Source: Psammoneis japonica
Taxonomy: Eukaryota
Direction of reading: 5' to 3'
DNA: 64,000 nt
Assembly (NCBI GenBank): GCA_008632985.1
Contig: QPGO01000032.1
Span: 555,330 to 619,329, forward strand
Part shown: one piece after another, positions 24,961 through 36,819 of the stretch
Layout of the letters: every line of letters starts with the position of its first letter
Numbering within the stretch: the first letter of the stretch is position 1
Program-made: the position numbers and the translations under genes
The notes under the pieces: generated by a model
Databases searched by the model: none
What the model was told of the DNA's origin: nothing
What the model saw: only the letters and a program-made list of their open reading frames with translations

Positions 24961-27189
24961 TCTGCACAAGCCCACGATCCGTGGTATTGACGTCACTCAA
25001 ATAAGCTCCAATAGCGACATGTCGCAGTGCTTTTTTGAGAGTTAGAGTTTCGTAGGAGAAAACGTTGGGGTGTTATTTGTCTGGGTATTGACTCTAGGCC
25101 AGCGACTCGAAGAACAAGCAGCATAAATACAATCAGTCTTGAAAGTAGTGTGTCCGGAACAATTATGTCGTGGTTGAGAACCCCGAGACCCGAGACTCCA
25201 CAAATGCTAAATCGACACCATGGTTGTGTCATAAGTTGCATCCTTGTGTAATACTATTGGGTTATTGACAATGTGAATCACAAGACATGAGCAACAACGG
25301 AATAATGCCAAAGGCTCAATAAGCTAGAGTACTTACCTTCTCCACATATCTCACCTCAGGAGCATGTAGACCGGAGTCCCACAACAGGTATATGTCTTAT
25401 GCAAACGTTTCCTTCGAGAGACCACTAAGAGTGCCGTAGACGATTCGCCAGTGAGCAGCGAATGCCGATAGAACGGTGCGGCGAATCGGTGACAGACAGG
25501 AAGAAGGCTCTTATTGTATTGTACCGTGAACTTGGAATGTTTGACTCGTGCAGCCTTCCGCGAGTGTTTTTGACGGCTACCGTGAAATGTGATTACAGCC
25601 TCGTCTGCCTCATATTGTCTACACTTTGCGTCTTTCTCTGATAATCATTGCTCAAAAAGGCGATTGTGTGTACCGCATGGCATGGCGAACGGTAGGTTGT
25701 GCGTCATGTTCATGTTTCATGTGATGATATTGCGTTGATGGCTGTTGATGGCGGCAGTTTTTTGCGTTTTGGAGGCCTACGCAACGCGTACGTAGGAATT
25801 AGTAATCACTTCGAACGTACCAACTTCCAACGACTGTTCTACATACGAAAATCTTGGTATTGACTCTGATAGAGTACACAAAAATGATAGTGATTGAGAA
25901 ATTTAGCAACGGTCACGACACACAAACAAAATCTCTCACTTTTTTCTTTCGCGCTCGTTTTTGACACAACTGCGTCGTCTCGCACGATGCTGTTGTTGTT
26001 CGCCAAGCCCGAAGCCGTGATCGTCGAGGACTTGTTTGGCATTCCACAACCAATTTTGCTTGATGGCGTGTTGTCTCAATCGGCGGCGCAGGTGTTGCCA
26101 GTTAAGTCCGGAGGTCGGAGCAAATCGAGTGCGTGTCTCCGCCATGTCACTCCTGTCTCCTGTCCGTCAGCTGTCCCGATTTTATCAACCAGTAAAGTCC
26201 CATCGACTGACCCTTCCACTCAGCCAGCTGATGCGACGACGAACCCTTTGACAGAGCCCTCGGCATTTCCCACTGCAATGCCAAGTGCAGCACACAGTGA
26301 CGTGCCATCAAAAGCACCATCAGCAGAGCCGAGCGACATTTGGAAGCACTTCGTGCTGCGACGATGAACGTGAACGATGCATCGTAAGATGCACAAGAAA
26401 AGAAAAAAAGATCAAACCAAAGATGCACTTCGATGGGATGCACCATTGCCAGGAGCCACTGGACCGATCCATTTCTTTTCTTGTCATTTTGCGACATCTG
26501 TTCTCGCAAGTTGTTTTCCGGCTGCACTTTTCCCACTCCATCCCCGTCACCCGTTGGCATGTTTCAAGTTCTCTGAAACACGCTTTGAACCTTTACAACA
26601 GAAGTAGAAAGACTAAAAGTGCCACACAGCAATCTTCATTCGCGTGTGAGTCATTCCGCACGCAGGTCAATGGACTGCGATGGCGGTCGCAGCGCTTGCG
26701 ATGTCGTTCCAAGCTTTTGTGCATCATTTCCGTTTTTGCACCACATTGCTCTCGTCCCTTCAGATGGGGTCCACGCTGGGGTGTTTGTTGTGGCATGCCC
26801 CAATTTGGGCTTGTCGTCCATGCCGCATGTGCTGGACTGTTTCGGCGTTTGTCACCTGCAGTGGTTTTCTCACAGATTCGTCGCATTCACTTGTTGTTTG
26901 TGAGTTGCAACAGAAGAATGAAAATTCTAAAGCACAGGTTTGTGGCTAGAATGCTCTCTGCCAGCAGAGAGAAACAAAAGTTTCGAAATTCGTGACTCCA
27001 CTTGTCTGACTGTGCCAAGCTCCGTTTGTCCTCTCTCTGAGGTGAAGAATCACATGGCTGGACACAATGTTGAATGCCTTCTTCAGCTGAACAAGTCCCC
27101 AACCGAAATTCTCGAGCTTGTCTTTGAAGCTGGCCTTGAGCGCATCGATTGATGCACGCATCCCAGGGTTGAGTGGAGGCTGTGAGACG

Positions 27190-27465
27190 TGACAGAAATT
27201 GAAGGCAAATGGCAAGAATTCAAACAACAACTCCTTGCTGCTGTCTAAATGGCAGATGAGTCTCCGCTCAGAGACCGTTGCAGGAGCCGAAAGACGTGTA
27301 AGTCGGCACAATTGGGCCACTGTTGTTGTTCTTGTGAGCCTTGTGGCTCGAAAGCAAACTGCGTCGCACGTGAACGCGCGGAGCTAAAGCACACAAAACT
27401 GTGCGCGGCAAACTAAACAGCGCGCGACATTTCGCGTGCACCCAAATCCTGTTCAAATCCTGTCA
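27190..27465 (-). repeat. 3' LTR (276 bp)
   Basis: tgacagaaattgaagg...caaatcctgtca, preceded by TSD agacg. Confidence 0.96.
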
Positions 27466-27560
27466 CTCCCCAGTTTGCTTGAGGAGCCACAGAAACAGAT
27501 TCAACTTCGGATGGAATGAAGTTCCAGAACATGAGGGGGCAGAGAAGGTCCCAGATTTGG

Positions 27561-28125
27561 GAAAGTCGCAGCCCAGATGGAACTCAATGGGTCCGGCACC
27601 CTTGAGCTTGAACTTGTGCTTTTCCGTGAGAGCATCGACGAAAGATTGAGGGTCCTTCATGGCAATGGCGAGGTCATCCACATAAACAGCAATGCATTCA
27701 CAGTGGTCGCCATTCCTGCGCATCCAAATGTCGGGTTCGGCGCGGCAGGGGAAGAAGCCTTCAGCTCGCAGGCAGTCGGCGAAGCGCTCGTGCCAGCGGA
27801 GACCGGAGCTGCGCAGTCCATGCAGGGCCTTGTGGATGACGAGGATGTGTCCTTCGAGTTTGCCAAATTCAGGTCCGGCCACAATGTAGAGCTTCTCCTT
27901 GGTGGTGGCTTCAAGGCAGGCATTGCCAATGTCGGTGGCCCATGTCTCCAACTCGTTGAGTTCGGCCAGGAAAATCATCAGCCGAAGGCCACGGAGGGAG
28001 ACTGCTCCGGAGTGGACACTGTCGATGGGTGCGTCCGTGAGGTGCCCATCGGCTACGAGTCGTGCCTTGTGGCAACCGTCGTGCTTCACGTCGTGCACCA
28101 GGTGCACTCGGATCTTCTTGTGTCC
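27561..28125 (-). repeat. Duplicated RT segment (copy of ~29342-29906)
   Basis: Second copy of KKIRV..KARLVADG..YVDD..FHLGCDF. Confidence 0.93.
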
Positions 28126-28126
28126 C

Positions 28127-28345
28127 TGACAGCAGATGAGTCTCCGCTCAGAGACCGTTGCAGGAGCCGAAAGACGTGCAAGTCGGTGCAATCGGGCTGC
28201 TGTTGTCATTCTTGTGAGCCTTGTGGCTCGAAAGCAAACTGCATCGCGCGCGAACGCGCGGAACTGAAGCACACAAAACTGTGCGCTGTGAACTGAACAG
28301 CGCGCGACATTTCGCGCGCACCCAAATCCTGTTCAAATCCTGTCA
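28127..28345 (-). repeat. Internal third LTR with a ~57-bp deletion
   Basis: tgaca|gcagatgagtctcc...tcctgtca, adjacent to the PPT. Confidence 0.93.
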
Positions 28346-28349
28346 CTCC

Positions 28350-30347
28350 CCAGTTTGCTTGAGGAGCCACAGAAATAGATTCGACTTCGGATGGAATGAA
28401 GTTCCAGAACATGAGGGGGCGGAGAAGGTCCCAGGTTTGGGAGCAACCCCAATGCTTGCTGAGAATGTCAGCAGGGTTGCGGGAGCCTTCGATGAAGTGG
28501 AGCTCAAGGTGACCAGAGGCAATTGCCTCACGCACACGGTGGAACGACAGTGCGGTGTGTCGCTTGTGTAACTTGGAGTGCGGGATGGTGGCACTGTCTA
28601 CAACCGACTTGTTGTCACCGAACATGCAACTGACATTGCGGATCGGGACGCCAAGGCAGTGCAGGGTGATGCGCAGGTCGATGATCTGCTCGACACAAGT
28701 CCTTGCGGCAACAAATTCAGACCCGTGGGTTGCAGTCTCCATGGTGGCTTGCTTCTTGGAGAACCAATCAGCCGGGAATTTGTTGAGGAAGTGGAGCATT
28801 CCCATGACAGAGCGTCCGGTGAGCATGCAATGGCACAAGTTTGCATCGACGCAGTGGGTGGCAGTGACGAACTTGCCAAGGGGCGGTGGAGCGTCCTTTG
28901 GGATCATCTCTTCTGCTTCGCCGCACACGGAATGCATCCATTCACAGGCCGGAGCAGGGAGATCCGAGTGGTCGGGCTCTTCCGTGTGAACACGGAGAGC
29001 GCCGTGTCGCATCTTGGAGAGGTGCCCACAGACGTGTTTGGCATGATCCAAGTGGCCTTGACGGGGCGCAGCTTGGAAGCTAGAGAGTGACATGACGGCC
29101 ATGGCAATGTCAACTCGACCAAGGGACACTGCCCATTGGAGTGAACCAACAAGAGACTGGAACTTGTGAATGCCATTGGGCCCCAGCAGTTTGGAAGTGT
29201 CCAGCTCGGGGTGGTCACCCTTCTCCAGAGGTGACAGGGCGTTGGTGGTGGGTTTCTCCCCAAACAGTCAGGTGCAGCTGTCGACCATGCGCTCGATGCA
29301 CTTGCACGGAGACAGGCACAAGGTGCCGTCAGGATCCCGGGAAAAGTCGCAGCCCAGATGGAACTCAATGGGTCCGGTGCCCTTGAGCTTGAACTTGTGC
29401 TTTTCCGTGAGAGTGTCGACAAAAGATTGAGGGTCCTTCACAGCAATGGCGAGGTCATCCACATAAATGGCAATGTGTTCACCGTGGTTGCCGTTCCTGC
29501 GCATCCAAATGTTGGGTTTGGCGCGGCAGGGGAAGAAGCCTTCAGCTCGCAGGCAGTCGGTGAAGTGTTTGTGCCAGCGGAGACTGGAGCTGCGCAGTCC
29601 ATGCAGGGCCTTGTGGATGACAAGGATGTGTCCTTCGAGTTTGCCAAATTCGGGTCTGGCCACAATGTAGAGCTTCTCCTTGGTGGTGGCTTCAAGGCAG
29701 GCATTGCCAATGTTGGTGGCCCATGTCTCCAACTCGTTGAGTTCGGCCAGGAAAATCATCAGCCGAAGGCCACGGAGGGAGACTGCTCCGGAGCAGACAC
29801 TGTCGATGGGTGCATCCGTGAGGTGCCCATCGGCTGCGAGTCGTGCCTTGTGGCGACCGTCGTGTTTCACATCGCACACCAGGTTCACTCGGATCTTCTT
29901 GTGTCCTGCAGGAGGAGTGGAAGACTCGAAGGGCCCGCAGTCATGGAAGACTTCGTATTCCTCGAGTTGGTCCATCTCGAGATTAGTTGCGTCTCCCCAT
30001 TTGCGGTTGCCGTTGTGTTCGTCTAGTGACATGGCGTGTTTGCAGTTCCGGGGAACTTCGTGTCCACACTTGCAGCGAGGTGCAGTGCGGAAGGAGCGAA
30101 GCTTGGCTTGGTTGGCCATGCGAAATGGCTTCTTCTGGTGCCTCGCGATGGTGCGGAACCGCTTCCAGCCATCAGTGTCGAGAAGTCCATTCTCTCGTGC
30201 ATAGATGGCGCAGGTGATGGGGTCGTCCTTGGCGATGATGGCAAGAGGCTCGGACGTGATCTCCCCACTTTCCCATTCAAGCATGATGTTGTAGCTTGAG
30301 CCTTTCCAGGTTGGGTCTTGAGGCTTCAGAGGTCCTTCGTGTGACAC
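28350..30347 (-). pseudogene. pol: Copia reverse transcriptase and RNase H (mutated)
   Basis: KARLAADG, KALHGLRSS, IYVDD, FSKKQAT.ETATHGSEFVAA, GDNKSV and NPADILSK. Confidence 0.95.
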
Positions 30348-30353
30348 GATGCG

Positions 30354-31802
30354 TCAAAATTTCCAAACAGCAGTGTCTTCGTCTTCTTGCTCAATGTGAT
30401 TCATGATGTCGTTGCAGGCAAGGACTTCCTTGTGTTCGTCGTTGTTGACAGAGCAGACAAACTTGGTGAGCTCGGGATTGCCGTTCACTTTCCATTCATG
30501 GTCTTCGACGGCCTTGACGATGCGAGCTCTGTGGCGTTGTCCGTCCTCTTGTGGCTGCATGAGGAAGGTGCGTCCGATGATGTCTTGCGGGTCGAAAACT
30601 GGCATCTTGGGTGTCCTGATCTCCCCATCAGGAGAATCGACGGGGTTGTCGTCATGGCGAGATTTGATGATGGGTTCAGGTGGCTCCCCATCAGGAGGAT
30701 CAAGACGCAGGTTTCGAACGGCAGGATCGGTGGCAGTGGATCGTACGTTGGACCGGTGGAGGATCTTCTGAGTCTCGTCAGAGAGAATCTTGAAGGTCAT
30801 CTGGTGGCCGACGTGCTCAGCAATGCCAACAAAGCATCCACGCAACTCACGGGATTCGGACAGCCAATCGGAGTCATCGAGGTGGAAGCACACGGGTTCC
30901 CACCAGTGAAAGCGAAGCAATGGGCTGATGTCCGGGGTGGAGCCAGTGAGAGTCTCGAGGGGCGTGCACCAGTGGAGACGTGGGGACGCTGTGTGGTTGA
31001 GCATGAAGCACACGTGCATGAGCGCCAGCAGCCATGTGTGGGCAGGCGAACCGAAACGATCCATGACAGTGTTCGCCATGCGCTTCACGGTCTGGTGTCG
31101 ACACTCGGCAAAGTTTTGGTGTTGCTGGTGAGGCTCACTTTGCCAGCTGGAGATGAAGAGGGCTCGTAGGATCCCGAGCACCTTGTTGCTGATCTCAACT
31201 TGAGCACGGTCGCCAATGAGTTTGGATGGGGCACCACGCTCACGGATCTGATCCTCGAGTGTGTTGACAAACTCTTTGTCCGTCTTGGTGCCGCAGACGT
31301 CAGTGACGGCAGACTCGGTGCCAACAAACAGTTGGGCGCTGGTGCAACCAGAGTCGATGGCCGGGGTGTCGGCATGAACGGTGTCAGTGGCGACAGGCTC
31401 GTTGCGGCGGTGCACATTAAGGGCGGGGTTGGGTGATTTGCAGGCCTTCCTAAGGTGTGTGCCAGCGGGCATGCGGGCGCACTGCGTGGTGCAGTCAAAA
31501 GTGCGACGGACCGCATCGGCAGGTGGGAAGCCAAAACAAGGCCGAAGAGACTCGAAGGGGGGGTCCTTGGGCTGCACAGTGCGCTCCGGGGGCGGAACGT
31601 TGTCGTCCTTAGGGTCAATCGCGTGTGGATGACACTCGTAGAACACGTCGTCGTTTGGAATGAGGTGATCATCGAGGGCGGACGCGTGATCGGCAGACAA
31701 GGAAGCGGACATGATGGTCTTGTTGACAACGACACGATGACGGCAGTTGCCGCATTCGTCAAATGGGTTGGCAGTGGGATCGTCCTGCAGGTCAGAGATC
31801 AC
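30354..31802 (-). pseudogene. pol: Copia integrase (mutated)
   Basis: VATDT..DRAQVEIS..SEPHQQHQNFAE DDE core and TPDISPLLRFHWWEPV. Ends at a TGA that probably derives from CGA. Confidence 0.92.
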
Positions 31803-33673
31803 GTCGCACCACTGGTCGCGACGACGGGACCACGCTGGGTCTCAATGATGGCGCCAGCAGTGACAACAGGGATGTCTGCCAATTGATGGTCGTCAATGCC
31901 CTGAACGTCGACTTGGTGAGAGGTGTGTGCAATGACGCAAACGTCGTCGCCAGCAATGCCGCCGTTGGCCCCACGATCGACCAGAGCACCAGCGCGTGTG
32001 GAGCGATGAGCAGAGGCAGAGCAAATGACATTGTGGCCACCAACGCGGCGGCAAGTGCGGCCGTTGAGTTCCATGTCATCGGCAGGAGCTGGCGGAGTAG
32101 AGGGAGCGGCGGATGGCCCCGGTCGACTGGCGTTGGGGGCTTGGTTAGGAGACAACAGACGTTGCAGATCACCGGGTGGCAGTGGCTTGCGCTTGGTGAG
32201 GTGCGCCAGGATGGGATTGTCCGAAGTGGCACCCACATTTGGAGCGGGGTCACCAGAGTCAGCAGGAGTCGTGTTGGACAAGTTGACATCACCATCACTC
32301 CCAAGGCGTTGGTCGTGAAGGTTGGCCGTAATGGACTCATGGCAGTTGCTGGCTCGCGGGTTGCGGGGAGGCGGACGAGAATGCTCAAGGATGATCGCCT
32401 TGGAGGAATGGGGCAACGAATCCCAAATCCGTTGGTGGTCGGGAGGGAGACGTTTCCATTGGTCACCGGCGAGGCTGGGACCACGGGTGCAGGCAGCATT
32501 GGCCTGAAGGGCGTCAATGTCGCTGTCAATGTCGCAGAACACATCGTCGGATGGTTCCTCGGAGCAGACGTCGTGTGCGTGTGTGGCACGTCGGGGAGCT
32601 CGAGGTGTCGTCTTGGGTTGAAACGTGCTGTCGCATTGAGCCGCCGCGGAGAGGAGCAAGCCACAGCATTGATCACATGTGAGGCTCTTGCCACTCTGCA
32701 TGCGATGCTGATCAGCTTGGTTCTTGACAGCACGGAGTTCCTCGACAGGGTGTGCGGCATTCTCGAGCATGACGCGCTTCTGTCCTTCAGAGAAGTGGTC
32801 ACTGGCCGGGATGAGTGCCTCGCACTTGTGCAACTGATCTTGCCAATGAAGGATGAACCCATGGGTCGGACCTTTCCAAGTGCCATCACCAAGACGTGCG
32901 GTGGCAAGGTGCGTGAGCAAGGTGGAGGACTCGACAGATGCGCAGGTGGAGGCGAGCGCACACTCAGACAAGGCGCGGCAGATGGTCTGGGCGTCAGAAG
33001 ACCCCACATTTTCGCGAATGAGAGCCTTGCCCTTGTCGGTGAGAAGGATGCATTCGAAGATGGCGAACACGTGCTTTTGCTGTTCAGCAAAGAGCAGTTT
33101 GTCTTCGGGGCTGGTCGGTTTGTACGATGAGTCTAGAGTGCACTCGACGTCTTGGGCATGGGCTTGTGCCACAAGTGAGGTGTGCCAAGTGTGCCACTGC
33201 TTGTCAGATTTGAGAGCCGTGAAAGCAGTGGGGTCACGCTTGATGCCTCGCTTGAAGTCTCGCACCGGGTCGCGTGCCTTGGTTGGGTTGGTGACATGCG
33301 GAGGTGCAAGGGGTGAGCTGCCGATGGACACAGAAGACATGCAGTCGGGGCTGAGGCGGCAGGCAAGGAACTCGTCATGCGTGAACAACGAGGAGTCATT
33401 GGCAACGTCAAGACCTTCGTGTGCTTTGACAATGCACAGACCAGTTGGAGCTGCCAACATGTTCTTATGACCGCGGGGCAAAGGGATCACATTAGTGCCG
33501 TTGTCGCACTCAAGCGAGTCGATTTGGGACGGTGTTAACGTGAACAGTTCTTGACACGAGTCCGTGCCGTCTTGGGTCAAAGCCAAACGAAGAGGGCTCC
33601 CAGCACCTTGGGCAAGCACGGTTCCAACAACGTGCTCGAAACCATCGGTTTGTTGCTGACGAGTGAGAACCAT
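31799..33673 (-). pseudogene. gag: Copia gag and aspartic protease (mutated)
   Basis: DFKRGIKRDP and LVDRGANGG (protease). Frameshift or deletion near 31805. Confidence 0.88.
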
Positions 33674-34612
33674 GGCAGACAAAAGTGGTGTCAGGACAAG
33701 CAATTCTTGTTGGGAAGCGAAGGCAGACTTGAAACTTGGGTGAGAATGGACTTGACTTGAAATGGACTTGACTTGAAATCTTGAACTACCTTGAAATCAG
33801 AAGTCGCCGGGCTGTGCCATCCCGTTCGTTGTCAAGTGCTAAACTTCCCATCCGGTCCGCAGAGTTGTGCCGGCACGTCCGAACCCGCAGCCAGCGGCGC
33901 TTTGGGTTGCTTGCGAGCGGAGCAGCGGGTTGCAAACCCCTGCAGGCAAGCTGACCAGAGGTGGACAAGACCCCCGAACCATTCTTGTTTTACATCGGTT
34001 GGATTTCCCGATCAGGCTGGCCAGTTGACGCAGGCGTCAGGCGCTGTGGACGAACGAACAAACGCGGGAAAACACCCTCGCCCCAATGCAGGCTGCAATC
34101 ACGGCTGCTTGCTCTCACAGTCGTCCTCGTGGATCTAGCAGAACTGCAGAGCACCAGCAGTCTGGGGTAGATCAGGCACAACAGACTCGGCGTGCTTGCA
34201 GAGTGGCAGCAAAGCCGCAGTCCAAAGAGTGGGTTCAAGTCCTTGGCCGTGAAGATGTGTGTGTGTGTGCATGTCTTCAGCGACGAAGATCCTTGAATGT
34301 GTGGGGTTCTTGACCGTCAACCATTGAATGGGTGTGTCAAGGGATGAGGATCAAGGATGGACTTGGACATGACCGTTGAATGCATGTCTTCAGCGACAAA
34401 AGGCAGTGTGATCAATCCAGACATCCAGCGGCAAGGAGACTTGACGGTGACGTTAACTTCCTGCCGATGCCCTGGCATTGAATGCGTGCAGACTTGCCGA
34501 TGTGCGTAGAACACACACGGAGGTCCACGCAGAATTGAAATGCTGTCGTCGGTAAATCAATGACGACGATGGCGGTTGCTCAATGGGTTGACAATGAGCA
34601 AGACTGTCAATC

Positions 34613-34888
34613 TGACAGAAATTGAAGGCAAATGGCAAGAATTCAAACAATGGCTCCTTGCTGCTGTCCAAATGGCAGATGAGTCTCCGCTCAGAGACCA
34701 TTGCAGGAGCCGAAAGACGTGCAAGTCGGCACAATCGGGCTGCTGTCATCATTCTTGTGAGCCTTGTGGCTCGAAAGCAAACTGCACAGCGCGCGAACGC
34801 GCGGAACTAAAGCACACAAAACTGTGCGCGGTGAACTAAACAGCACGCGACATTTCGCGCGCACCTGAATCCTGTTCAAATCCTGTCA
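34613..34888 (-). repeat. 5' LTR (276 bp)
   Basis: Matches 27190-27465 and is followed by TSD agacg. Confidence 0.96.
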
Positions 34889-36819
34889 AGACGAATCGAA
34901 TGTACGACCGCATTGGATGTTGGGATTTCTTCATTGACAACTACAATGGCCACGGACAATCCCTTGCGAGCGGTCTCTTGCTCCTTTCCGTTGCTCTTAA
35001 TGGAGGTCACTTTCCAACGTGCAGCCCTCCCAAATCTGGGGTGCACAATGCAGTGCCGACTTTGAGAACAGCTTCCGTAGCTTCACACCAAAAATGATTG
35101 GATGCTCGATCCACGAACGTGCCAGCTTCTTTCCAAAACTGCAGTTCAACATGCATGCCCCATTTCCTCTAAGAATGCTGCGTTCGGCCAGCTGTCATTG
35201 CTGCGAAATCCGTCCACCAGCGTGCAACGTTTCGCCTCCTCAAGTGAGCAGTCTCCATTCACCATCCTTTTCGCGACATTCACATGGATTGGACCAATGA
35301 TCTTGTCGTCAAGCGGGTCTGCAATGGCAGCGACTTGGCACCACGTTTTGAGGACTTGTGAATCTTGAGGAAATGTGTCTCCACTCCATCCGCGCTCGCT
35401 TCCTTCATTTTGTGCAATCTTTCCGCAAGTGTGTGCACAAAAGCGGAACGCTCTCTGAGATCCTCCCACAAAAGCCACTGTGCACCCCACTCTGCTCCGC
35501 CCTCGGCCACGAGACCATGCGGCGAAAATGCATTCACGACCGAGAATTCCACCCATCCTCGCTTTTTCACGAGTTCCGTCTCCACTTGACTAAACATGAA
35601 GTGATGTCCGGGCATGCCTCGTGTGTGGGAAGCTGCAAAAACTTGTCAATGGAGAGCAATCGAGCCAGGTTCGCCTGCGTTTCACTGGCACATCGCGTGT
35701 GAACCCTTCAAAGGCCTCCCACAAAACATTCTTGTCATCTGGTCACTTCATGGTCAGCTTTTGACACATCTTGAGGTCATTCTTCTCACATTTTTCCTTG
35801 CAATGATCCAAGGCAAATTCGAAAAGTTTGTGACAACAAGCTTTTTTTTGGAGCCAGAAAGAATTTCCGCATTGCCTCGAACCATGCACTCAGTGACTTG
35901 GGACCACATTGGAGAACCTGCGGGGAACAGTCTTTCCTCGAGAATTTTGAGTTTGCTGTCCACTTGTTGGCTGGCCGTCCTTGCAGAATTCATGAATGCT
36001 TGGTTTGATGTCGTGGAATTTCTCGCATTGGCAGTCAAACCAGATCTGTTGGCTTTTGCCGCTGGCACTGCAAAGTTTGTCAATCCTGGTGGCCAGCGTG
36101 CCCTGACCTCGGCCCGCATCCAAGAGGGCGCGGCATGCGGCATTGCTGTCCCCTTCGCCTCGACCAGAGAGCTTCTTCGAGTCAAAGTTCCAAGTCTCGC
36201 ACCAAGGCAAGGAGGTTGTCACAGGTCCATTTTTTCTTCTTTCCATCGTTGCTCTCATTGATTGATTGGACGTGCTGCTTGATCATCTCTTGCCGCTCAA
36301 GAGGACCAAAGTGCACGTCCAGCGAATCCTCGTCAAAGATTGACAGCACAAGCGAGCAGGCGGAAAATTCTTGTGCCAATCGGTCAATCGGGCTGTTTGT
36401 TGTTGTTTCTTGGCTGCCTGCTCCTGGCGGTGTTGCCTTTGCATGCGGAGCGAGTTTCGCCAGAAGTGCTCTCCAGCAAGGGATCTTGTTTCTTCTCGCA
36501 CCATCCATTCAAACAACTCTGTTTCAAGTCTTCAAAGCAACGATGGAACAAAATGAAGCAATAAAGAGCACTCTAGCTTACAGATTGTGGAGAAGTAAGT
36601 GAATGTTGAATGTGATCATCAGATCATCAGTTCAGTCAGTTCGATTTATTGTTGTTTGTTGGACTGGAGGGTCCGTCCCTCCATCAGGAGGTTCGCGCAT
36701 GCTGCTTTCACTATCGCGCGCAAAATGCGCGAGCGACGAGAGAGGAGAAATGGGGGGGGGAGAAAGAGACGGGCCATTTGTCACATTTTCTGCTGTTGAC
36801 AACAATCGATCATCGATCA

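Larger units (their letters stand above)
27190..34888 (-). mobile_element. Ty1/copia LTR retrotransposon (CoDi-like), inactivated, with three LTRs
   Basis: 276-bp TG...CA LTRs at 27190-27465 and 34613-34888. 5-bp TSD AGACG at 27185-27189 and 34889-34893. Domain order gag-PR-IN-RT-RH. Purine tract GGGGAG before the 3' LTRs. Confidence 0.97.
26946..36508 (-). pseudogene. Unidentified gene interrupted by the copia insertion (parts 36508-34889 and 27189-~26946)
   Basis: Removing the element and one TSD restores the frame MKKSQHPMRSYIRFV-SQPPLNPGMRASIDALKASFKDKLENFGWG. Fragmented ORFs continue to 36508. The sequence is TpA-depleted. Confidence 0.55.

Noticed and set aside
25894..26367. ORF with PS/PT-type repeats (PSTDPSTQP..PSAFPTAMPS)
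   Set aside because: Probably a gene remnant within the TA-depleted halo, but too fragmentary to call.
27577..33470. Long plus-strand ORFs over the copia element
   Set aside because: Antisense shadows of gag-pol, lengthened by loss of stop codons.
28350..33673. Alternative genetic code or RNA re-editing that restores Tyr
   Set aside because: Neighbouring genes use TAY normally, non-coding LTRs show the same changes, duplicates disagree (His vs Cys), and the element has stops and frameshifts.
27190..34888. Classical fungal RIP or plain CpG decay as the cause
   Set aside because: RIP creates TpA rather than removing it. CpG is largely retained here, and CpG decay cannot convert Tyr codons.
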